A stretch of 43,791 nucleotides of DNA from a virus. The translations under genes were made by a program, and so were the position numbers. The notes beneath the pieces are model-generated. The model did not search any database. It had not been told where the DNA came from and worked only from the letters and a program-made list of their open reading frames with translations. The stretch lies in the IMG/VR virus record IMGVR_UViG_3300035128_000007; one strand, given 5' to 3'. Shown here piece after piece: positions 19,130 through 27,271 of the stretch (the first letter of the stretch is position 1; every line of letters starts with the position of its first letter).

Positions 19130-19942
19130 ATGAATGACAAAGAACGCCAGCTCGCACCACCAACCGACATCGACATCCAGGCTGTCATTGCTTCCGCTGT
19201 CCAGAGCGGCAACCTGGAGGTGGTAAACCGCCTCATGGAGGTTAGAACACAGCTCCGGGATGAATGGACGCGCGGGCAGTACTACGCCGCGATGAACGCG
19301 CTACAGGCGGAAATGCCAGTCATCCAAAAGGACACCGAGGTTTTGAACAAGGATAAGAGGTCGGTTCGCTACCGATACGCCAAGCTGGACTCAATTATCC
19401 GTCAGGTCGGTCCTCTAATCACGAAACACGGGTTTTCATGGCAGACGAGATCCATACCACAAGACGGCGTTCTCGTCTCTGAATGCATCGTTACCCATCA
19501 TGCCGGGCACTCCGAGACCGCGCGCTTCACAACCATCATTGATGAGAGAGCCTATATGACTGACTCGCAGAAGGGTGGGTCCGCATCGACATTCGGAAAC
19601 CGATACGCCTTTTGCGCCATCTTTGGCATTGTCACTGGGGACCAGGACGACGATGCCCAGTCCTTTGACCGCGGCTGCGACAATCTTCTCACGATGATGG
19701 AGGTCGTTCGGGATAGCTGGCCATCAATTGCGGCGATCAAGGAGGGAATCGAGACAGGGAACCTACATATCGCTGTGGAGGCATGGGCCGAACTCACAAA
19801 CGATGAAAAGAAAGACCTTTGGGTCGCTCCAACCAAGGGGGGAATATTCACGACCGCCGAGCGCGCCGCCATGCATTCTGATGAATGGCATGCTATCAAT
19901 CAGGAAACGGAGAGTGATAGTGACGAACAGGCACAGGCTTGA
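19130..19942 (+). CDS. erf: ERF-family single-strand annealing protein
   Basis: ALQAEMPVIQKDTEV...VRYRYAKLDSIIRQVGPLITKHGFSWQ...THHAGHSE...GGSASTFGNRYAFCAIFGIVTGDQDDDA is the typical ERF core. Confidence 0.8.
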   Translation: MNDKERQLAPPTDIDIQAVIASAVQSGNLEVVNRLMEVRTQLRDEWTRGQYYAAMNALQAEMPVIQKDTEVLNKDKRSVRYRYAKLDSIIRQVGPLITKHGFSWQTRSIPQDGVLVSECIVTHHAGHSETARFTTIIDERAYMTDSQKGGSASTFGNRYAFCAIFGIVTGDQDDDAQSFDRGCDNLLTMMEVVRDSWPSIAAIKEGIETGNLHIAVEAWAELTNDEKKDLWVAPTKGGIFTTAERAAMHSDEWHAINQETESDSDEQAQA

Positions 19943-20117
19943 CCTGGAAAGAATCATCACATGGGCTGACCAGTTGTCATATGCGTCAGGGCCTATACTA
20001 GCTAATGATGATTGTATTCAAATGCGCGACGAGGCGCTTTCCAGCATGCATCGAATCGGTCGCGCTTTACACGCTCAGGCTGCTGCGGCAGCTGAGTCTA
20101 TCGACAAAGAGAGGTGA
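19920..20117 (+). CDS. Hypothetical protein (65 aa), GTG start
   Basis: GGAGAG, 5 nt, GTG 19920. VTNRHRLDLERIITWADQLSYASGPILANDDCIQMRDEAL... This is the tail of track ORF 19728..20117, whose upstream part overlaps erf. Confidence 0.45.
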   Translation: MTNRHRLDLERIITWADQLSYASGPILANDDCIQMRDEALSSMHRIGRALHAQAAAAAESIDKER

Positions 20118-20250
20118 TCTATGGAACCGCATGACGATACACCACGAATGCCATACGAGCACCATAATGTAATGGACGAAGACGACTACCTGATCAAGGT
20201 CGACCACCCTGAAGAGTCTTTCTATGATCATTGGATATGGTTGATGCGTC

Positions 20251-20517
20251 ATGACTCTCACTGAGTACAAGGAAATCATCCGAGACTCTGGGTGCATCAT
20301 CTGTAGCGGTCCCGCTGAGTTACATCACCCGCGGGCGTTCGCTGGAATGGGACAGAAGTCGCCAGAGGGGCTATTGATCCCTCTTTGCCATAATCATCAC
20401 AATGGAGGCATCCCAGGTGTCTCCTTCCATGCCGACAAGACGTTATTCGAGAGAAACTATGGAACCGAGCCGTTTCTTCTGCACAAAACCTGGATCCGCT
20501 TCATAGCGGAGCTATAG
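20251..20517 (+). CDS. Ref-like HNH nuclease (RecA-dependent nuclease family-like)
   Basis: SGCIICSGPAELHHPRAFAGMGQKSPEGLLIPLCHNHHNG...FHADKTLFERNYGTE parallels the P1 Ref core (C..C...HH...G...K...PLC..HH...HADG), as I recall it. Confidence 0.5.
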   Translation: MTLTEYKEIIRDSGCIICSGPAELHHPRAFAGMGQKSPEGLLIPLCHNHHNGGIPGVSFHADKTLFERNYGTEPFLLHKTWIRFIAEL

Positions 20518-20972
20518 TGGCTGAGTTCTACATGCAAAAGGGTTTAGGCGGGCACTTCGACTGCATTAGCGAAGAAGGCGTCGAATACGCAAACCGGATC
20601 AAGGTAGGCACTGTCGTCCTGGTCAATGTGCGCGTCCCGCAAAACGCCAGGTTTCACCGAAAACTAATGGCACTGTTGAGGTTTGCATATGACGCTTGGG
20701 AGCCAATTGCAGAGGGCGCCGGATGGCAGAAGTCCTTCAAAAGGTTCCGGGATGATTTGATCATTTTGGCCGGATATTACCAAGATGTGGTTGACCTGGA
20801 AGGGGACATCAGGATGGAGGCGCAGTCCCTTGCTTACGATGAATGCTCAGCAGAACTGAAGGAACAGATTTACTCAGACGTGCTGGACGTTATTTCATCG
20901 CATGTGTTTTCTGGGAAATATTCTCCAGAGAAGCTGGATGAGCTGACAGAGCGATGGGTAGGGTTTCTTTAG
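20517..20972 (+). CDS. DUF1367-like phage protein
   Basis: VPQNARFHRKLMALLRFAYDAWEP...FKRFRDDLIILAGYY matches my recollection of DUF1367 (PRN..FHRKFFALL...FR.D..I.AGY). Confidence 0.5.
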   Translation: MAEFYMQKGLGGHFDCISEEGVEYANRIKVGTVVLVNVRVPQNARFHRKLMALLRFAYDAWEPIAEGAGWQKSFKRFRDDLIILAGYYQDVVDLEGDIRMEAQSLAYDECSAELKEQIYSDVLDVISSHVFSGKYSPEKLDELTERWVGFL

Positions 20973-21105
20973 CCACCGCCGGCCCAGTGGCTTGTAACGC
21001 CGGCAGCGAATGACAGGGTCATGCGACTCATGAGAACTCCGCCCTGGGCGTTCGCCGTTTGCCCACACGAGACGTGGGCCCCTTTACCGAGGACAATATA
21101 TTGCC

Positions 21106-21576
21106 ATGTCCAGGATACCGTTAAATAAGATCAACGATGTCGCATCCAAATATCTGCACATTGGGAAAAACCGGTGCAAAGTTAAGTTCAGCACAGAGGC
21201 TGATGTTGTAAGGATACGCGGGATGGTTGGCGCTATCGCTCATTACTGCGATAAGCATAACCTATCAAACATCGCGGAGTTTTTCGAAAGCTCGAGCGAC
21301 CACCTAAAAGAGTGTGGCCGCCAAATTGTTCACCGTTACATACATAGATGTCTCGAGGACCCTGGAGAAGTTAAACATGTGGAGAATGTCTGCAAGGCCC
21401 TTAACATATCTCCCAACGCATTCCTAACGCGCATGCAGAAGGCTCGACAGCCTAATTCTCGCATCGCGATGAAAGCGGTTGATGAACCACCACCGTCTCC
21501 GCATGAGTTCCACGAAATGCTCAAGATGATGGCGGTGCGTGACTCAGTGCCAATTGTATGGGATCCGGAGGTATAA
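21106..21576 (+). CDS. Hypothetical protein
   Basis: 156-aa track ORF after a 133-nt gap. No motif recognised. Confidence 0.55.
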   Translation: MSRIPLNKINDVASKYLHIGKNRCKVKFSTEADVVRIRGMVGAIAHYCDKHNLSNIAEFFESSSDHLKECGRQIVHRYIHRCLEDPGEVKHVENVCKALNISPNAFLTRMQKARQPNSRIAMKAVDEPPPSPHEFHEMLKMMAVRDSVPIVWDPEV

Positions 21577-21580
21577 ACAA

Positions 21581-21973
21581 ATGGAATATGAATCAAGATG
21601 GGAACTTGGTCAGATTGAAAGGCTTATAAACCCAACATTCAAGAGAATATTGGATGATGTTATAGATGAATGTATTGAATACTCTATTGAAATAGACGGC
21701 AGTATATGGATATCAGAAAAAGGCGAACTAGGTTCCCCAGAAGAACCAGTTATAACATTTATAGGCCCGCCTAAACCAGATAGCAAAAGAACTATATCGA
21801 AGGCTGGCACAATATTAAACGATTGCTATATACTTGAGGTTCCTTTGAGAAAGGCCATACTAGACGCGGTAGACGAATCAAATTATGATGGGCTAGTCGA
21901 ATTTACTGCATACATGGAAACCGTCATCAATGAATTGAGAGCCAAAAGGGATTCTTCTAAGCCGCAATCTTAA
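21581..21973 (+). CDS. Hypothetical protein (130 aa)
   Basis: GGAGGtataaacaa ATG 21581. I preferred this internal start over the track's 21539. AT-rich. It is the last gene of the rightward operon. Confidence 0.55.
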   Translation: MEYESRWELGQIERLINPTFKRILDDVIDECIEYSIEIDGSIWISEKGELGSPEEPVITFIGPPKPDSKRTISKAGTILNDCYILEVPLRKAILDAVDESNYDGLVEFTAYMETVINELRAKRDSSKPQS

Positions 21974-22263
21974 ACAGTTAAAACATCAACAATCGAAAAA
22001 GAAAACGTGATCACATAGATCTGTCCAGTATCAAGAGTAATTTTCACCTCTGCAGCATACTGTGTACCAGCAGTCCCTCCGGACACCCAGAACAGTACAG
22101 AGTCGTCCGTGTGACTGTTTGTGCCCAGAGTCAGACCGGCCTGGAGACTAACGACATGAGACGAAATGACAGACCCAGACGGTATCCAGCTCGAGAAGTC
22201 CACCGGATAATCTAGATCGTCATCCTCATGTTGCTGGATCTCTAGTTGCGCATGATATTCCAT
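21970..22263 (-). CDS. Fibre-tail adaptor-like protein
   Basis: DDDLDYPVDFSSWIPSGSVISS...VLFWVSGGTAGTQYAAEVKITLDTGQIYVITFSFSIV fits the pattern (D.DY.fDws.wL..gd.I... sGG..G..Y.v...i.T..G) of proteins annotated as phage fibre-tail adaptors. This is recollection. Confidence 0.45.
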   Translation of the reverse strand: MEYHAQLEIQQHEDDDLDYPVDFSSWIPSGSVISSHVVSLQAGLTLGTNSHTDDSVLFWVSGGTAGTQYAAEVKITLDTGQIYVITFSFSIVDVLTV

Positions 22264-22265
22264 AT

Positions 22266-22640
22266 CTATGTATCATCGTGAGTTGTTGGGATATCCCATG
22301 AGGCGAATGTCCTGGACTCTGTCTCCGTCATTAAAACACCGCTTATCTCGTGCGCAGCCTTGAGCGTGGTTTCGCCGTCGTCCACAAGACATAGGTGAGT
22401 CCCAGTCCCGGTATCTGTCGCCGTTATATCCTTCGATGATACTGTGAGCTTTCGCCCGTTACCGCCACTCGCATCTGCTAACGTGAAATCTCCACCTGCC
22501 ATAGCGACATATCCAAGCGTTACGCCAGAAACCGCTGCGTAGTTTGCCGGTTTCGCCGAGCAGATATGCATCTGGTCTGCATTAGCTATGTCTGAAAGCA
22601 TCAAATCAATACTGTCTGGATCTACATAATCTGTAGCCAT
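22266..22640 (-). CDS. Hypothetical structural-region protein
   Basis: 124-aa track ORF in the distal tail/fibre region. Confidence 0.55.
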   Translation of the reverse strand: MATDYVDPDSIDLMLSDIANADQMHICSAKPANYAAVSGVTLGYVAMAGGDFTLADASGGNGRKLTVSSKDITATDTGTGTHLCLVDDGETTLKAAHEISGVLMTETESRTFASWDIPTTHDDT

Positions 22641-22648
22641 ATATCCCC

Positions 22649-23833
22649 CTATACGACCGTAATGGTGCGCGGATTCGTCGGCACCGATATTGCCCTGTCT
22701 GCTGATAGGACTGTGATTGCTCTTGAGGATGATGGCACTGTGATCAACCTCGGGTGATTAGTGAAGTCTGCATCAACAAGAGGGTCCGTAAACCCTATGT
22801 TGATGGGCATATCATCTGCCTGGAACGGAGTATGGCCTCCAGACATCGATATAGTGATCGGCATGTCTCCAGTGGAGACGGTAATAGCCGGATCAGACAT
22901 CGATATAGTGACCGGCATATCTCCTGGGGAGACTGTAATAGCCGGATCTGTAAACCCTATAGATATCGCAAGATCTGCAATATCAACACTGGCCGTCTCT
23001 ATTGAGAGAGCAGAGATTAAAGGTACATCTACGCTCGCAATAATGTTAAGTGCGAACTGCTCGCCAGCTTCGACAATTACGCTGAATGCTTCGTCGTGTG
23101 CAGCGTACTTGCCGACCTCGTCGTATACATCAAGGTCATCAACCTTCGTCAGGGTGTCATTCGGGTCATTGATATCGAAAACACGAAGACCCGACTCGCT
23201 ATGTGCCCCCTCTTCAAATTTGGCTTTTACATTATATGTACCTGGCGTTACATCGAACCTTATCTGAATAGTGTCGTCAGGGTACGGATGACACTGCGCT
23301 TGATATAACGATGAATCAGTTGTCCCGGACACAGGCGTCGGGAAAAACGCTACTGTTACTTCTTCAGTGCCATCCTTTGTTATTCTATCGTGATCATGAG
23401 CCCACCAATAATCTTGGGCTGAATCCAGGTAGTCTTGAGGAAATCCTGACGCTCCTTCCCCAAAGTTCATTCGAATCGGCAGGACATATCCAACGCCGCC
23501 AGACGTATTCGAATAACCGCTTAGCGAATTATGTGCGCTTACTCGGTAGTAATACCTCCCACCTATATCTAGTCCAGAATCCTCATAACTGTATGGACTA
23601 GTACCAGCTTGTATTGTGTCTACAGATGACCAGCTTTCTTGGTCTAATGACCTCTCCAGCAGGAAGTCGTCAACGCCTAAGTCATCATGCGTCCAGTGAA
23701 TTGTTACGGCGGAAGTAGATTCAGTAACAACTTTGGTGACGACCGGATCGTTTGGCGGGTCGCCCTCCTCCCATATAGCACCAGCCCCTTCTGGTTCTAT
23801 CCCTTCTATCGGTACATAGTCTTCTAGTCCCAT
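22649..23833 (-). CDS. FN3 plus malectin-like carbohydrate-binding protein with C-terminal repeats
   Basis: AVTIHWTHDD...YYYRVSAHNSLSGYS is FN3-like. SSLYQAQCH...GTYNVKAKFEEGAHSESGLRVFDIN...LDVYDEVGKYAAHDEAF resembles the malectin domain. Then DPAITVS(P/T)GDMP(V/I)TISMS x2 and R.I(T/S)V x4. Confidence 0.6.
   Translation of the reverse strand: MGLEDYVPIEGIEPEGAGAIWEEGDPPNDPVVTKVVTESTSAVTIHWTHDDLGVDDFLLERSLDQESWSSVDTIQAGTSPYSYEDSGLDIGGRYYYRVSAHNSLSGYSNTSGGVGYVLPIRMNFGEGASGFPQDYLDSAQDYWWAHDHDRITKDGTEEVTVAFFPTPVSGTTDSSLYQAQCHPYPDDTIQIRFDVTPGTYNVKAKFEEGAHSESGLRVFDINDPNDTLTKVDDLDVYDEVGKYAAHDEAFSVIVEAGEQFALNIIASVDVPLISALSIETASVDIADLAISIGFTDPAITVSPGDMPVTISMSDPAITVSTGDMPITISMSGGHTPFQADDMPINIGFTDPLVDADFTNHPRLITVPSSSRAITVLSADRAISVPTNPRTITVV
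22841..22948 (-). repeat. Tandem 54-nt repeat x2 inside gene 22649..23833
   Basis: agacatcgatatagtgatcggcatgtctccagtggagacggtaatagccggatc against agacatcgatatagtgaccggcatatctcctggggagactgtaatagccggatc (a few mismatches). Confidence 0.85.
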
Positions 23834-25416
23834 TAGTTATGTCCGATAGAAGGGCTATTAGTTATGTTGTCCGCAGGGCAATTGCTGTCTTTATGAGGGG
23901 ACGTGCTGTGGCTTACTATATCATTTATGGTTGCCTGTTCTGTGCCAGTCAAAAGTTTTCTGTAATATATGTAATTGCTGACGTCTGCATCCACAACATC
24001 ACACCCAGCTCCGCCGTCACAGTAGTCATTGCTGCCCGTAGTCCATTGCGATGACGACCCATAGAACGCGTTGTAATCTGCTGTGACATTACTTCCTGCG
24101 GAGCCATTTTTATCGATGCCGTCAACGATCAGGTTACACCTGTAATCCTGATCATCTGCTCCTAGCTTCAACCAGTAATCTGTAGTATTGGAAAAGGTGT
24201 TAAAATACACCTCTGCTTTATCACAACTATCCATGTTTGCCATGTACCCTGTCCCGTCTCCTACATTCTCGTTGTTATTGAATAGATTGCCCCATATTGA
24301 GATATTGTTCGGATTGGTTGTGCCGCCACATGACACCCCTATAGGGGCGTCTTCTATAATGTTTCCACCAACGAGAATATAATCGACACTTGACGCCCCC
24401 TCATTAAATGCAATAGCTTCGCCATTTGAACCGCTCGACCCGCATGACGTATTAGAGTCCTTAAACCCCCATATCCTATTGTGGATTATCTTTGCTGGCG
24501 ATTCGCTTGTCCCACCTCCTTCCATGTTTACGGCATTCTTACTTGATGAGTACAAACCAGATGCGTTAGGGTCTCCGTTAGAATCACAATACAAGCCTGT
24601 GGTCACGTATATGTCGTTATCATATGCTGCAAACCCAGGGACACTTGAGTCATCATTAACTATGATCGAATCTCCAGCGCAGTCATATATCTCATTCCTG
24701 ACGATATGAATATTCTCGCTTGTACCTCCCGTTACTGACAGACAAGGAGCGTCCTCTGTTGGGACTTCTTTCGTCTCCCTTATTACCGAGTTCTGTACGG
24801 TTGTGTCCGCTGAAGTGTCAATCTCAACGCAAGCCCTACTGTTCCCTGCCGTTGTCGCGTCGCAGTTCTCCACCAAAACACGATCTATTAGATGGCCATC
24901 TCCAAATAACTTTACCCTGTGATCCTGGTCTCCACTGTCTCCATCTATAGTCAGTCGATGAACCACCCAATTGTCCCCATCTATCTTTAATCCCGTGATC
25001 CTTGCCTCTTCTGCTGTCTGAAGATCTACAGGATGCGTAGTTCCCACTCCAGACAGCCTGATCCATCTGGGGTCAGAACTTGTGCCACTCGCTGTAATGT
25101 CATACTCTTCATGCCCAGTGTAATCGTCCGGGTCATAACAGAATATCCTGTCAGCGTCTACTCCGTTCAGCTCATCTTCTATCTCGCTTTCCGTCCATGT
25201 ATCATCAAATGTCTGATCACACGAAGCCCCATACCCACTTACGGTAGTTATAACAATCTCATACACCACCTCCCCAGGTGGGGTTCCCCCGCCCTCGGTA
25301 TACTCTAGGGCTCCATAACTCCCAGCCCTAAGATTCCCTGAGATGTCCATGTCAAGAATTCCGCCATAAGCGGAAAATGACACTGCCAGGAGAAGACTAC
25401 CAATTAGCCGTATCAT
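23833..25416 (-). CDS. Right-handed beta-helix (pectate-lyase-fold-like) protein with signal-peptide-like N-terminus
   Basis: MIRLIGSLLLAVSFSAYG-GILD. Repeated N..I/V..N-type turns (VQNSVIRE, IVRNEIYDC, YDNDIYVT, IIHNRIWG). About 14 Cys. Paralogous to 25397..27271. Confidence 0.65.
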   Translation of the reverse strand: MIRLIGSLLLAVSFSAYGGILDMDISGNLRAGSYGALEYTEGGGTPPGEVVYEIVITTVSGYGASCDQTFDDTWTESEIEDELNGVDADRIFCYDPDDYTGHEEYDITASGTSSDPRWIRLSGVGTTHPVDLQTAEEARITGLKIDGDNWVVHRLTIDGDSGDQDHRVKLFGDGHLIDRVLVENCDATTAGNSRACVEIDTSADTTVQNSVIRETKEVPTEDAPCLSVTGGTSENIHIVRNEIYDCAGDSIIVNDDSSVPGFAAYDNDIYVTTGLYCDSNGDPNASGLYSSSKNAVNMEGGGTSESPAKIIHNRIWGFKDSNTSCGSSGSNGEAIAFNEGASSVDYILVGGNIIEDAPIGVSCGGTTNPNNISIWGNLFNNNENVGDGTGYMANMDSCDKAEVYFNTFSNTTDYWLKLGADDQDYRCNLIVDGIDKNGSAGSNVTADYNAFYGSSSQWTTGSNDYCDGGAGCDVVDADVSNYIYYRKLLTGTEQATINDIVSHSTSPHKDSNCPADNITNSPSIGHN

Positions 25417-27271
25417 TATTTATCCCAATGGATGAACGACTACCAAGCGAACTAGGACACTGTTGATACTCGGGAGCGCCTACACCAATTGCTGCATATG
25501 GTATTGTGAATTGTTCCGGCGTCGTTCTTAGCTTCCTCCAGAATGTGAACGGACCGCGTATAGCCTCCCAGGTGATGTCCCCGTCTTGAAAGGTACAATC
25601 CAGAGTATTGCAAGCAGATACTGATTGATCGCTTGTTGTTCCACTATCCTGGGCCTCGTACAGGAAGCACTCTACATCAGTAGGATCATCACAATCCGTA
25701 TATGGGCCGAATCTGGCTATTTGCCCGGCAGAGTATGTATCGCTATCGCCCAATGTTCTAGTTACAACATCTTCGTCCACATTGTCTGCGCTCTCGTTGA
25801 AAGTGAACAACGTTGAGTTATAGAACGCGTTATGGTTTGCAATGTCTGTCCCTTCAGCGCTGCCTGACTGCTTAGGGCCTGCATCTATTAACACATTGCA
25901 TCTAACGTCGTTATACCCGGTATTTAGCCCAGGGAAACTTGTCTCGTTAGATCCGTTGCCTGCCTCAATAAGAGTGTTCAGATACCACTCGTTATTCTCT
26001 TGATTGCCACCACCTGGATCATTCCACTGATGCAGAACATGAGCATATTTAGTCCCTTCCCATGTTCTGTAATCAAAAAAGATATTCCCTATGTAACTAT
26101 CATGAGAAGCCATATTATTGATCGCAATCGGACCGCCCATCAATATGTTGCCTGTTACCATGTTGTATGGCCTATTAGAATATCCTCCCATAGTTTGTCC
26201 GCTATCGCCGTTACAACATAGTGAAGATCCTGCCCACTGATGTCGTCCCCACAAACGGTTGTGCTTTATGATGACAGGACCTGACGATGTGCCAGTTGTT
26301 TTCCTGGAGAGCGGCCCCTCTGTCGCATCACAACTCCCATTAGGATCCATAGTGTTGTCACTACAGTCAGCATAGAGCCTGCTCGTCACATATAGATCGT
26401 TATTCTCTACAACTATATTCTCTTGAGTTGGGTTATGGTTCCCACCAAGTTGTACCGGGTGAGCAACATAGTCATATATTTCATTGTTTACCACAAAATT
26501 ATTGTCACTGTCGTATGGGTCAATAGCTACACTCTCCTCTGATGGTTTAGGACCGTTCCACCGAAATACAGAGTTCTGAATCACATTATGTCCGACAGAT
26601 GTTCCGTTAGGAGTGTCATCTGCCCACCCACTATAGCGTGCCTCTGTATCTGGCTTTCCGTCTCCTCCGATCGCTAGTGTTTCCTCACCCTCGACGAGTA
26701 TCCTGTTGAAAATGTGATGCCCACCTTCGCCGGATCCTAGTCGTCTATTCCCGTAGGGCTGATTTGTACCTGTATGGCCAAAGGGTATTCTGTGAATAAT
26801 CCAGTAGTCCCCATAGATATCCAGTCTGTCTATCAGACAGTGCTTTGACTTTGCCAAATCCCAGGGATCCTCGTCTCCGGTTGGGTTAGCCGGATCATAA
26901 TACTTGAAGACATTATATCCATTAGTGCCAGACGTCCCGTCTCCACTATCCTCTAAGGCCAGAACATTCCCTGATTTATTGCTAGTGAATGATGTGTAGT
27001 CCCCCGGCTCTATACAGATCACATGCTTGCCAGACAAAGTTCCGGCGGATGGCCAGTCGCCATCGGATTCTTTGATGGTGTAATCACACGCCTTGGCTAC
27101 ATAGAATTCCACGTCCACATCGCACTTAGGGCCTCCGTCTCGACACTCATAATCAGATACGTACCCATTCAGGTCAGGGTCGCCAAGAGCCGCATTAACA
27201 CTAGGCACCCAAGCAAACAAAAACATCAAAGCTAAATAATTACTCACTATTGTCAGTATGGAATATTGCAT
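25397..27271 (-). CDS. Right-handed beta-helix protein, paralog, with hydrophobic signal-like N-terminus
   Basis: MQYSILTIVSNYLALMFLFAWVPSVNA-ALGD. VIQNSVF, VVNNEIYDY, VENNDLYVT, IIKHNRLWG. Many Cys in close pairs. Collinear with the 527-aa neighbour (NEIYD, ND.YVT, HNR.WG, RCN, NAFY, RKL.T..EQ). Confidence 0.65.
   Translation of the reverse strand: MQYSILTIVSNYLALMFLFAWVPSVNAALGDPDLNGYVSDYECRDGGPKCDVDVEFYVAKACDYTIKESDGDWPSAGTLSGKHVICIEPGDYTSFTSNKSGNVLALEDSGDGTSGTNGYNVFKYYDPANPTGDEDPWDLAKSKHCLIDRLDIYGDYWIIHRIPFGHTGTNQPYGNRRLGSGEGGHHIFNRILVEGEETLAIGGDGKPDTEARYSGWADDTPNGTSVGHNVIQNSVFRWNGPKPSEESVAIDPYDSDNNFVVNNEIYDYVAHPVQLGGNHNPTQENIVVENNDLYVTSRLYADCSDNTMDPNGSCDATEGPLSRKTTGTSSGPVIIKHNRLWGRHQWAGSSLCCNGDSGQTMGGYSNRPYNMVTGNILMGGPIAINNMASHDSYIGNIFFDYRTWEGTKYAHVLHQWNDPGGGNQENNEWYLNTLIEAGNGSNETSFPGLNTGYNDVRCNVLIDAGPKQSGSAEGTDIANHNAFYNSTLFTFNESADNVDEDVVTRTLGDSDTYSAGQIARFGPYTDCDDPTDVECFLYEAQDSGTTSDQSVSACNTLDCTFQDGDITWEAIRGPFTFWRKLRTTPEQFTIPYAAIGVGAPEYQQCPSSLGSRSSIGINNDTANW

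Noticed and set aside
20120-20227. 35-aa ORF after GAGAGGTGatct ATG (MEPHDDTPRMPYEHHNVMDEDDYLIKVDHPEESFL).
   Set aside because: My first reading suggested a 48-aa ORF coupled to the Ref-like gene. Recounting the bases shows a stop at 20225-20227. At 35 aa with no motif it is not supportable, although the SD is good.
20973-21105. tRNA or structured RNA in the 133-nt gap (hairpin GCCCACacgagacGTGGGC at 21061-21079 and short palindromes).
   Set aside because: I could not fold a cloverleaf or anticodon arm. The 6-bp hairpin is followed by CCCTTTACC rather than a U-tract. It is at most a weak attenuator between two rightward genes.
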